Positions 45,356 to 55,456 are shown, counted from the first letter of the stretch. The stretch: 58,179 nt of DNA from an uncultured Clostridium sp. (GCA_948467495.1 CAOKEO010000006.1:1-58179), one strand, 5' to 3'. Notes: a model not told the origin generated them from the letters alone. Program-made: numbers and translations.

Positions 45356-46300
45356 GTGAATGATAAGTATTATATTTCAAATCATGATGGAAAGGATGAT
45401 TATGGTTTAAAATACATAGACCAGCAAGGATATGGGAAAATATGCAAAGACTATAAAATCGAATTCCCACCGCAACATCAAGACCAGCAGCCAGGAATGG
45501 AATACCTGATGACACCTAGACCGATATTTAACAATCCCTATTATAGAGCATCTGGAAAACTAAACCATAAAGTTGCTATTATAACAGGAGGAGATTCTGG
45601 AATTGGAAGGGCTGTTGCCGTAGGATTTGCAAAAGAAGGAGCTAGTGTCGTAATAGCCTATTATGATGAACACAAAGATGCAGAAGAAACCAAAGATTTT
45701 ATTGAAAGAATGGGCGGAAGATGTGTATTATTGGCAGGTGATATAAAAGATACTAGTTTTTGCAATAAAATTGTAGAAGAAACGATGAAGCTATTTGGAA
45801 AAATTGATATTTTAGTCAATAATGCAGGAGTTCAATATCAACAAAAGAGTTTGTTAGATATAACAGATGAACAATTTGATGTAACAATGAGAACCAATAT
45901 CTATTCTATGTTTTATCTAACAAAAAGAACATTAAAAAACATGTGTCCAGGTGCAAGTATTATTAATGTTACATCGATAACTACATTTAAAGGAGAACCA
46001 GAATTAATAGACTATGTAACAAGTAAAGGTGCCATAGTAGGATTTACAAGATCACTTGCCACCAATCTAGCAGATAAAAATATAAGAGTAAATGCTGTAT
46101 CACCAGGTGTATTTTGGACTCCGTTACAACCAGCTTGTTGGGAAGCGAAAAAAATACCAACACTAGGTTCAGATGCACCAATGGGAAGAGCTGGTCACCC
46201 TTATGAGATAGCACCATTATTCATATATTTGGCAAGTGATGATTCGTCTTATGTGACAGGTCAAGTGATGCATATTAATGGTGGTGAATATAAAGGATAA
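45356..46300 (+). CDS. SDR oxidoreductase (YhdF-like general stress type)
   Basis: TGGDSGIG, NNAG, YVTSK, QHQDQQPG N-terminus. Confidence 0.9.
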   Translation: MNDKYYISNHDGKDDYGLKYIDQQGYGKICKDYKIEFPPQHQDQQPGMEYLMTPRPIFNNPYYRASGKLNHKVAIITGGDSGIGRAVAVGFAKEGASVVIAYYDEHKDAEETKDFIERMGGRCVLLAGDIKDTSFCNKIVEETMKLFGKIDILVNNAGVQYQQKSLLDITDEQFDVTMRTNIYSMFYLTKRTLKNMCPGASIINVTSITTFKGEPELIDYVTSKGAIVGFTRSLATNLADKNIRVNAVSPGVFWTPLQPACWEAKKIPTLGSDAPMGRAGHPYEIAPLFIYLASDDSSYVTGQVMHINGGEYKG

Positions 46301-46404
46301 TATATGTTATCATGAGAATATTTGAAAACGTATCAAGTGAATGACACAAATGCTAATATTTGAAAATGTACAATGCCACCAAAAGACACGAAAAGGGGAA
46401 AGAT

Positions 46405-48270
46405 ATGAAAAAAATTTATAGTAAATTATTAATGGGCATAATCTTATTTGCAATTGCGATTTTATTTATATTTTGTGAGAAGACAAATGCTGCAAATACA
46501 ATTCATAAAATAAATATGGATGTATATATAAATCCAGAAGGAGTGGCTGAAATAACGGAAGTTTGGGAAGCTACTTTAACGCAAGGTACAGAGGGATATA
46601 AGCCATATGCTAATTTGGGAAATTGTAAAATTACGAACTTTTCTGTAAGGGATGATTCGGGAGTTACCTATACAAATTTATCAAATTGGGATAGTAATAA
46701 AAGTTTTGATAGCAAAATACATAAATGTGGAGTAATTAATAAAAGTGATGGAATTGAATCTCTGTGGGGTACATTCCCCGACGCTTGCGTCGGGTGTAGT
46801 TTATTTATGTTGGGGGATTAGTAAGTATGGAAATACAGTATATACTTTAAAGTATAATATTACAAATTTTGTTAATCAATATAGTGACAGCCAAGGTGTA
46901 TATTTCAGTTTAATGCCAAAAGAAATGGAGCAATCACAAAATCAGTTGTAATTACAATTCATTCAGATAAACAATTTACAGAAAAAAATTCACAAATTTG
47001 GGCATTTGGGTATAAAGACGGAAATATTAATTTTCAAAATGGTAATATAGTTATGAATTCAAATGGTATTTTAAATTCATCTAGTTATATGACTGCATTA
47101 ATAAAGATAGAGAATGAAATGTTTCATACTACTAATAAAGTGCCAAAAACATTTAATGCTATATATGATGAAGCAATAAGCGATATTCCTGAAAATGAAA
47201 AAACAAAGAATGAAGAAGTTAAAGAGATTACGTCTTTAAGTGTGATACTAAGTGTTTTAGGAGGTATTATATTTTTACCATTATTGTTATTAATGAATCC
47301 AATTGTATGGATAATATTAGTAGCAATTTTGGTATATAAGAAGGAAAACCATAAGTTCAAAACAATTGAAAAATTAGATTTTGGACCAGATGGAGAAAAT
47401 CTGCCGAATGAGAAAGATATCGATTATTATAGAGAGATACCATGTAACAAAGATTTATATAGAGCCTATTGGATAATTAGTAAATATGGAATAAAAGAAA
47501 AAAGAAATGTATTGTTGGGTGCCATATTATTGAATTGGATCAAAGAAGGAAAAGCGTATATCACAAAAACTAAAAAGGGATTGTTCAGTTTTAAAGATAA
47601 TAATTATTCAATTGATTTAAATCAAATATCTGAGGGGAAGAATAAAATAGAAGATGAATTAATAAAGGTACTAAAAGAAGCAAGTGGAGATAATGGAATA
47701 TTAGAAGCAAAGGAATTTGAAAAATGGTGTAAAAATCATTATAATTATTTTGAAAATTGGGATTATAAAGTAATAGAATATGGAACAAATCAATTACAAG
47801 AAGAAGGAATTATTACAACTACTGAAACTACAGAAAAAAACAAGGGGTTTATAAAAGGAACTCGAACAATTGTTACAAAGCATGTAAATCCAAGTATAAA
47901 GGAAGAAGCTATTAAATTATTAGGTTTAAAAAAATTTTTATTGGAATATAGTATAATACAACAAAGACAAGCAATCGAAGTGCATTTATGGGAAGAATAT
48001 CTGATATTTGCACAATTATTTGGAATAGCAGAGAAAGTGGAAGAGCAATTTAGTAAAATATATCCTGAATTTAAGGAGCAATCAAGAATTGATATAGAGT
48101 GCACTACAATATATACAAGACAGATGGTAGAAATAGGAATGCAAGCAGCACAAAAAGCAAAAGAAAGAGCTGAAAGAAGAGAAAGTTATAGTTCTGGAGG
48201 AGGTGGCTCAAGTTATTCTGGTGGTGGTAGTAGTGCCAGTGGTTCTAGTTCTGGAGGAGGATTTAGGTAA
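46405..48270 (+). pseudogene. DUF2207-like membrane protein, disrupted by a 46-bp insertion and a 1-nt deletion near 46936
   Basis: Three consecutive ORFs form one protein; LWEEYLIFAQLFG and Gly/Ser-rich GGGFR tail. Confidence 0.75.
46759..46804. mobile_element. 46-bp palindromic mini-insertion
   Basis: Removal restores DGIE-LCWGISKYG; GC-rich CCCGACGC-TT-GCGTCGGG hairpin. Confidence 0.7.
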
Positions 48271-48373
48271 AATTCTAGGAACTTAAAAATAAAGAAATTT
48301 AGAACTTTAAGAAAAGTAATAAATGTTTATTAGTTGACAAAAATAAGATTGGAGAAAATATCAGGAGCAGTAA

Positions 48374-48836
48374 TCATAACACTGCTCCTAAAACTAATAT
48401 GCCTAAATTATCTTGATAAATTTCATTAAATTGAGAAATTGGTAAAGGATTTTCTCCAATTCCTGCTTCAATGGTATAGCCAGGTCTATTATAGTTCTGA
48501 ATAAACCAATCTTTGTAACCAGCGAAACTAGAATTGTAAGGAGTTTCAGATAAAGTGTAACCACTTGAATCGGCAAATTGTTCTCCAATGGCAAGACTAT
48601 TTGGTGGATTAAAATCTTGAAATTGCCAGTAGATTTCTTGCCCTTGTGTATGATAAGCGATTACTAGTCTAAAATCGTGTGATAGGGTAAAGTTATAGAT
48701 GGCTAATGATTCTGGCTCTGTTAAAGGTCCATAGCCTACAAAGTCTCGAGGGCTGGGACGAGTGAAACCTTGTGCATATTTTATTTCTTTGGCATTTTCC
48801 CATCCGTGCAGGAAATTGTAAGTTTAAATCCACACC
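48374..48836 (-). CDS. C-terminal half of split M14 peptidase (gamma-D-glutamyl-meso-DAP peptidase-like), with +1 shift at CGGA 48806-48803
   Basis: GVDLNLQFPA-[CGGA]-WENAK...EPES...AYHTQG...GYKDWF...YTIEAG; not in the ORF track. Confidence 0.85.
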
Positions 48837-48973
48837 TGTGGTATTAAAAATATACCAACCACAAAATAAAATAAGTAAAACGCAGTAATCATCTATATTA
48901 CAGGATATTTTAAAAAGAAAGAAATATTCTGTTTTTTTTAATTGAATTTTTACTGCTAGAATTGGAGTGGTAT

Positions 48974-49306
48974 ATGAAAGAAAATCAAGATAATATTGGC
49001 TATTATTCTATAATTCCAGCAACAATTTTATACAATAAAGAGTTAAAAGCAAATGAAAAATTATTATATGCAATTATAACATCTCTAGCTTGTAAAGAAG
49101 GATATTGTTTTGCAACGAATAAATATTTAGCAGAAAAATTAGGTGTAAACCCTAAAACAATTTCAAATTAGATTTCAGATTTAAGCAAAAGAAATTTTAT
49201 AATTGTTGAAGTAATTAGAAACAAAAACAAGCAAATCATTCAAAGAAGATTTCAGAGAGAATATTCAGAAGAATTTTTAAAGAGTTTATATGCAAATCTT
49301 AAATAA
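48974..49306 (+). pseudogene. Phage-type replication initiator HTH remnant with in-frame TAG at 49169-49171
   Basis: EKLLYAII...EGYCFATNKYLAEKLG; frame continues after stop as ISDLSKRNFI. Confidence 0.65.
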
Positions 49307-49372
49307 AATTTTGAAATCCTTGTTAGCTTTTTGATAATATGATAAGATAGCTATGAAAGGTAGGAAATAAAA

Positions 49373-50098
49373 ATGACAAAAGATATTAGTAAAAAGAAAA
49401 TGAATTTAAAACAAATTTTAATAATGGCAATTACTATAATTTTATTTATAGGACTAATTTATATTTCCAATAATGTAGATATATTAAATGAAATTATAGT
49501 TGCAAATTATAGTAGTATAAATGAAATACCAATATACTCTGGTCAAATATATGTAAAAATAAATAATGGTAAGCCATATTTTACTGAAGAAGATTATACT
49601 ACAGAAAGTTTTGAAGAATATAGTAAATTAGATGACAAAGGAAGATGCGGAGTTGCTTATGCTAATATTTGCAAAGAAATAATGCCTCCTGATGGAGATC
49701 AAAGAGGAGATATCAGTAGCATAAAACCAACTGGTTGGGTACAAAGGAAATATAATGGAGAATATTTATATAATAGATGCCATTTAATAGGTCATCAACT
49801 ATCGGATGAAGATGCAAATGAACTGAATTTAATTACAGGAACGAGATACTTTAATGTTAAGGGTATGCTACCATTTGAAAACAAAGTGGCAGATTACATA
49901 GAAAAACATAAAAATAATCATGTTTTGTATAGAGTAACACCAATTTTTAAGGGAAATAATAAATTAGCAAGTGGTGTAGAAATAGAAGCATATTCTGTAG
50001 AAGATAGAGGAAAAGGAATATGTTTTAATGTATATGTATATAATGTACAACCTGGAATTACAATTAATTACGAAACAGGAGAAAGTGAAGAAAATTAA
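49373..50098 (+). CDS. Membrane-anchored/secreted DNA/RNA non-specific endonuclease
   Basis: N-terminal TM, LDDKGRC, YNRCHLIG, NLITGTRYFN, YRVTPIF. Confidence 0.9.
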   Translation: MTKDISKKKMNLKQILIMAITIILFIGLIYISNNVDILNEIIVANYSSINEIPIYSGQIYVKINNGKPYFTEEDYTTESFEEYSKLDDKGRCGVAYANICKEIMPPDGDQRGDISSIKPTGWVQRKYNGEYLYNRCHLIGHQLSDEDANELNLITGTRYFNVKGMLPFENKVADYIEKHKNNHVLYRVTPIFKGNNKLASGVEIEAYSVEDRGKGICFNVYVYNVQPGITINYETGESEEN

Positions 50099-50219
50099 CC
50101 ATTAATATTGAAAACTAGATTTAAATGATATATAATAAATCTAGTTTTAATCTTTTTGCTAAACTTCTTTGGCAATAAATCCCCAAAAAATAGATAACAA
50201 ACTAGGAGTGTGAAGATTA

Positions 50220-50825
50220 TTGAATTTAGATTTATTTAATAATTTAGTTAATAATGTGAAAGAAAATAATATTGTACAAAGTTTTATAAAGGAATTATCT
50301 AATTATTTAGAAAAGCAAAACAACAAATTACTTAACGAGGAGTATAATAGAAAGGATAATAGAAAGGATAATGGGACTTTAAAACAAGAAAACTGTTTAT
50401 ACCAAGTAGTAGAGATAGATGTAGATGGAGTCTATTTGCAAAATGTAGAAAACAATAATGTATCAAAGGAAATGGACATTTCAAAGGAGATTTTAAATAA
50501 ATTAGGTAATGATAGTGTACTGAGATTTAAAGACGGAAGTTATATTTACGAAGAAGAATTAACTAAGCAATTTTATGATAGTCTAATAGATGTTAAAAAA
50601 TATAAGAACATTCAAGATAACTTTGTAAAGGAAAGTAATATACTAGAAATTGATTCAGATACTAGATATAAAATTGAATTAAGTAAGGATAATTATTGTT
50701 TATTAAGTTATGATAATAATGGTAAAAGTACAATCGAAGTTCCTAAAGAACTAATACCATTTTGGGCTAAAAATGGAGATGAGTTATATTATAAAAATGG
50801 AAAATTTAATAGGTATTTTAGATAG
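50220..50825 (+). CDS. Hypothetical protein with two related beta-rich halves
   Basis: AGGAG RBS, 201-aa frame. Confidence 0.65.
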   Translation: MNLDLFNNLVNNVKENNIVQSFIKELSNYLEKQNNKLLNEEYNRKDNRKDNGTLKQENCLYQVVEIDVDGVYLQNVENNNVSKEMDISKEILNKLGNDSVLRFKDGSYIYEEELTKQFYDSLIDVKKYKNIQDNFVKESNILEIDSDTRYKIELSKDNYCLLSYDNNGKSTIEVPKELIPFWAKNGDELYYKNGKFNRYFR

Positions 50826-51188
50826 AAAATGGTATGAGAAATTCATACTATTTTTTGATTTTTACAAGAAAGATTATCTCCCAGCTGTAAATGTAATATG
50901 ACTTTGGTATTACATATGCATTGTTATATTCAAAAGTTGTTGTATAAAAAGTCAACCAAAAGTATGGCAAAACCTGTGCCACAAGATATTCTAGCAATAA
51001 AAAATGTTAATAAATTTTGTATAAATAGAAACATCTAATAGTGTGAAAACATTATTGGGTGTTCTTTTTTATGCTTTTTTAGATATGAATATTCAACAAT
51101 ATACTTACTACAAGTGTCATACCAAGTCATTTGCTCTAATATTCTGTATTAGAGCATTTTAATCAAAAGCATAGGAGTTGATGCCAAT

Positions 51189-51335
51189 GTGAAGAAAGAT
51201 AAACAAACTATAAAAGTAGATAAATTAGAATTTAATACATATTGTATTTTTACAGAAGAAAAACAAGATGTGAAAGAAACAGTAGGGCTAATTTTTAAAG
51301 ATTATATTGAAAAATTAAAAACGGATAAAAGGTAA
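51189..51335 (+). CDS. 48-aa protein upstream of recombinase, candidate directionality factor
   Basis: AGGAG RBS, GTG start, MKKDKQTIKVDKLEFNTYCIF...; below ORF-track cutoff. Confidence 0.5.
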   Translation: MKKDKQTIKVDKLEFNTYCIFTEEKQDVKETVGLIFKDYIEKLKTDKR

Positions 51336-51545
51336 CCTTTACGAAAATGAAATAATATTTGCAAATTAATATAGAGCACGTTAAAATATTATTTGTAGAT
51401 GATTACTGATAGTTTGAAAGATAATTGTATTTGGCGTTGTTGAACTTCATATTAAATCTAATCAACGTGCAATAGCACGCCTCATAGATTTAAACTCGTT
51501 CGCCTAGCCAAATAACAATTCTTTTCCAAACTGGAAAGGAGTGAA

Positions 51546-53209
51546 ATGCTGGATTTAAGAAGCCAAAACTTCAAAGTACGGTATATATATAAGAATATCT
51601 CGTGAAGACGGCGACAAACAAGAAAGCGAAAGTATCGGTAATCAGAGAAATATTTTGCAAAGATATGTGAGTGAGAATAATCTAATACTTATTAAAGAAT
51701 ACGTTGATGATGGTATTTCTGGAACTACATTTGATAGACCTGGATTCAATAAAATGCTACAAGATATTGAGAACAGAACTATTAATATGGTTATAACAAA
51801 AGATTTATCAAGACTTGGAAGGGACTATATTAAAACAGGGCATTACATAGAAAATTACTTTCCACAAAACAATATAAGGTATGTTGCGATAACAGATGGA
51901 ATAGATACCTATATTGATAGCACAAATAACGATATAACGCCTTTTAAAGCAATTATGAATGACTATTATGCTAAAGATATATCAAAGAAAATTAGAAGTG
52001 TGTATAAGGAAAAACAAAAGAATGGAGAGTATATATGTAGCATTCCAGCATATCGGATATAAAAGGCATCCTAGTATAAAAAATAAGCTAATTGTAGATG
52101 AGCAGGTAAAACACATCGTAGGGAAAATATTTGATATGTATGCAAATGGACATGGTAGTTGCGAAATAATAAATTACTTAAATTCCAACAAATATTTGTC
52201 ACCTAATGGTTATAGAAAAACTGGTATTATACAAGATGAGAATAAAACAAACTATGACTGGAATGAGGTTACCTTGTGCAATATGTTAAAAAACGAAGTG
52301 TATATTGGAAACACAGTCCAAAATAAGAAATCCGTTGTTTCATACAAAGTACATAAAATAAGAACTGTAGAAAAGGAAAATCAAATACGAGTAAACAATA
52401 CACATGAAGCTATTATTGATAAAGACACATTTGAGAAAGTGGGGTGTATTCTTGAAAAAAGAGGAACAAACACAAAACTAAAATATAATTATTTATTAAG
52501 AGGGCTACTTTACTGTTATCATTGCAAAAGAAAACTGCAAATTTCACTTAAAAAGAATTCAAAGAGAAATGCAAAATCACATCCATATATAACTTGTAGT
52601 GAGCATAAAAAAAGAGGTTGTTATCCATTAAGTATCAATTATGAAAAGTTTGAAAATCATATTATTTATGTGGTAAAAAAAATCTGTCAGATATATGCAG
52701 ACAAAGAAATTTTTTATAGTGTTTATGAAAAACATCAAAACAAAACATTTGATATTCGAGATGGATATAAGAAGAAACTAGAACAAATTGATAAGGCAAT
52801 ATCAGATATAAATAACAACTTAGATAAGATGTATATGGATAAATTACAAGGCATCATTCTTGAAGAAGATTACATTAGGGTATCGCAAAAACTTATATTT
52901 GATAGGACAAATTTAACAAAACAAAAAGAAGAATTAGAGCAAAAGTTAATTGGAACAGAAGAAAAAATAAGCAGTAAAAACAAAACAAAAGAAGAAAAAG
53001 AATTAGATGAATTAATAGAAAACTTTTTAAAATTAGAGCAAATAGATAAAATATATTTATACAGAATAATCAATAAAATTGAAATTGACAAAGACAAAAA
53101 TGTATATATCTATTTTAACTTTTCAAAACTAAATTCTATTAATGAAAATCTAGAGGAATTTATTAAAATTGAAGAATTACTTAATGAACAAATACGAAGA
53201 ACAGGTTAA
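51546..53209 (+). CDS. Large serine recombinase (553 aa) requiring +1 shifts at CGGT 51579-51582 and CGGA 52054-52057
   Basis: AAGGAG RBS; KV-[CGGT]-IYIRISRED catalytic motif, DLSRLGR, PAY-[CGGA]-YK, CxxC zinc ribbon, coiled coil. Confidence 0.9.
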
Positions 53210-53225
53210 AAATTGTAGAGAAAAA

Positions 53226-53328
53226 TGTAGGGGCGACTAGTAGTCGCCCGAGAACTCCAGAGGACTACTGAAAATACTAATTTAAAGCAGTTTCTCTGCA
53301 AAATGGGCGATTAATAATCGCCCCTACA
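53226..53328. repeat. Inverted pair of GTAG-type REP hairpins
   Basis: TGTAGGGGCGACTAGTAGTCGCCC (53226-53249) and GGGCGATTAATAATCGCCCCTACA (53305-53328). Confidence 0.8.
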
Positions 53329-53344
53329 AACTGGTTGGTAGTTT

Positions 53345-53814
53345 TTTAAATCCACACCATTCAAATTTGCTTTCCATCCATTAGGAAAAGGAATGCTAGA
53401 AAATTGGTTAGCAATATGTAATGCTTTTTGATAACTAGAAGAGCTAACAGCTAGATTTCCAGTTACTAAGTCAACGCCATCTGGATTTACCATAGGCATA
53501 ATATAAATAGAAGTAGAATTAAAAAGATTTTGCACAGAATAGCCATAAAGATTACTACGTCTAACATAGGAAATACAGTAATCCTCTATAAATTTCATTA
53601 GGACAGGAGTAGTTATCCATTCATTCGCATGTATGGAGCCAGAATAAAATACTTTTCTTGGACCACGTCCTAATTTAATGACATATATAGGTTTTCCTAA
53701 AACACTATTACCACTAGTTTGTACATTCACAAAAGGATAAGTTCTTATTAATAGGCTTAGATTTTGCCTTAAAATATTAGAATGATAAGGAACATTTGTA
53801 GAAATAATACTCAT
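53345..53814 (-). CDS. N-terminal half of split M14 peptidase
   Basis: IHANEW Zn motif, PMVNPDG, WKANLNGVDL ending at the att core. Confidence 0.88.
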
Positions 53815-53856
53815 AATTAATCACCTAAAATAGTATATGATTTTTGGAAGAAAATA

Positions 53857-53885
53857 TTGATAAATGATAAGAAATATAGTATAAT
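53857..53885 (+). promoter_or_regulatory. Sigma-A promoter of ssrA
   Basis: TTGATA-17 nt-TATAAT. Confidence 0.7.
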
Positions 53886-53897
53886 TAATAAGTACAT

Positions 53898-54253
53898 GGG
53901 GATGTAATGGTCTCGACATATTACTAGAAGGATAGATAGCAAGTAGTGGATTCTCGTTGGCCACTTTAAAAAACGGGAAAGTTAAATATAAACGCTGATA
54001 ATAATGAATTAGCATTAGCTGCCTAATTGCAGCTACATTTTACTCTAATCGCCCACAGATTTCAGTAAAGTGTTATAACTAGTGGGAAACAAAGCTACTT
54101 TTGCTTTAAAAGTAGGGGGTATTTCAAAAAGCTATATTTTGTTTTAACTTGTTTGTCAGTGAAAACAAAATGAAGATAATTGACAAACTAAACTTGTAGA
54201 ATTCTATTTGGAAAGTATTATGGACAGGAGTTCGACTCTCCTCATCTCCACCA
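53898..54253 (+). ncRNA. ssrA: tmRNA, tag ADNNELALAA (53994-54026)
   Basis: GGGGATG/CATCTCC-ACCA acceptor with G3-U70, GTTCGACT T-loop, tag ending ALAA-stop. Confidence 0.97.
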
Positions 54254-54682
54254 TTTAAAAGAAAAATGGCTTGAAATAGAGACTTGCATAGCTTGAAAAT
54301 GGAGCGTACACGCTTAATCAAAAAAATTAAAAGGCTTGTATTTGAATGAAAAAAGAAACAATTAAGATTATAAAAATTTTGATTGTTTTTTTATGCGATT
54401 TTATAGTCGATAGTTATATACATACTTTTGACACATTTGGATAAGCTCTAGTTACTTAGGAGGTTATACCAACACAGTATCAACACAGACATAAAATATA
54501 GTAGGAATAACGAAGAAATTAAGTAGAGCTAGTGTCTTAATACTCTAATTCTAATTTAGCTGGAATTAAGTATAATTACAAGGCAAATACGACTGTTACA
54601 TCTTGCAGAATGTGAGTGCTAATGTGGATAAGATTAGAGTGAATGCGACTGGTAGGAGTTGCTTATGTGAATAGTCAAAAAT

Positions 54683-54716
54683 AAGGCTGAATTAGTTTTT
54701 ATCCTAATTCAGCCTT
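54683..54716. terminator. Bidirectional terminator hairpin
   Basis: AAGGCTGAATTAG/CTAATTCAGCCTT perfect 13-bp stem. Confidence 0.7.
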
Positions 54717-54951
54717 AAAAATCCATATCTTTAGACATTTCTTTAATATCTATTAAATTATTATTTTTGTCAATTATTTTAAAATCGAAATTGCATATTT
54801 TTGCAATTCTTAAAATTGTATCAAAATCAGCTTGACTATTTTCTCTTTCATAACTAGAGATAGTATTATAAGCTAAGTTTAATTTTTCAGCTAGTTCCTT
54901 TTGTGTAAGATTAGCAGACAATCTCATATTTTTTATTATATTACCAATCAT
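54715..54951 (-). CDS. XRE-family HTH regulator
   Basis: LTQKELAEKLNLAYNTISSYER. Confidence 0.9.
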   Translation of the reverse strand: MIGNIIKNMRLSANLTQKELAEKLNLAYNTISSYERENSQADFDTILRIAKICNFDFKIIDKNNNLIDIKEMSKDMDF

Positions 54952-55076
54952 ACAAAACACCTCAAAAATATTATTACAAATTTATGAACAATTATGATTA
55001 AATTGCAAGAAACTTGCAATATGAAAACAAAAATGCTATAATTTGTAAGAATATGTAAAAAGGATGTAGAAATAAA

Positions 55077-55241
55077 ATGTTTCAAATAGATAGGAATAGA
55101 ATAAAAGTATGTATGGATTATGATGATTATTTTAGTGCGTTAGAATATGCGATTTTAGTAAAAGAGTTATATAAAGATAGGGAAAAAAGTTATTTTGAAG
55201 AAATAATAAAAGAAATAAAATCAGGTGCTTACAAAAAATAA
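55077..55241 (+). CDS. 54-aa hypothetical protein divergent from XRE gene
   Basis: AAGGA RBS, ATG, open frame; TTGCAA/TATAAT promoter upstream. Confidence 0.5.
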   Translation: MFQIDRNRIKVCMDYDDYFSALEYAILVKELYKDREKSYFEEIIKEIKSGAYKK

Positions 55242-55264
55242 GGCTAAACTAAAAGTGTTCTAGT

Positions 55265-55456
55265 TTAGCTTGCATTGATAATTTCTTGTTTTTCTTTTAA
55301 ACATATGATTGATTCTGTGCCATCATGATGTTGGAACTTTCCTATAGCATATTTGGTATAAAAATTATTAAAGTTTAAGTTTGTAGGAAATGTTATCGTC
55401 ATTCTTCTAGATTTTTTATTTTTTAAGTCAAGAAGTATCATTTTTTTCATTATCAT
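55265..55456 (-). CDS. Hypothetical protein
   Basis: GAGGTG RBS; 63 aa. Confidence 0.5.
   Translation of the reverse strand: MIMKKMILLDLKNKKSRRMTITFPTNLNFNNFYTKYAIGKFQHHDGTESIICLKEKQEIINAS

Larger units (their letters stand above)
48823..53358. mobile_element. 4522-bp serine-recombinase element integrated in the M14 peptidase gene
   Basis: Direct repeat TTTAAATCCACACC at 48823-48836 and 53345-53358; excision restores the frame; recombinase inside. Confidence 0.9.

Noticed and set aside
46925-46955. DUF2207 frameshift as part of the CGG system
   Set aside because: It is a 1-nt loss with no CGG, in a gene already disrupted by an insertion
48403-48594. 63-aa minus-strand ORF from the track
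   Set aside because: Wrong frame; the real coding frame is the M14 peptidase C-terminal half
31680-49171. Stop-codon reassignment suggested by internal TGA, TAA and TAG
   Set aside because: Three different stops are involved, and all three terminate conserved genes normally in this window
610-53097. Many short antisense ORFs overlapping long genes
   Set aside because: Shadows of codon bias; no RBS or family motifs
53821-54321. Minus-strand ORFs 53821-54015 and 54124-54321
   Set aside because: Antisense to tmRNA; spurious
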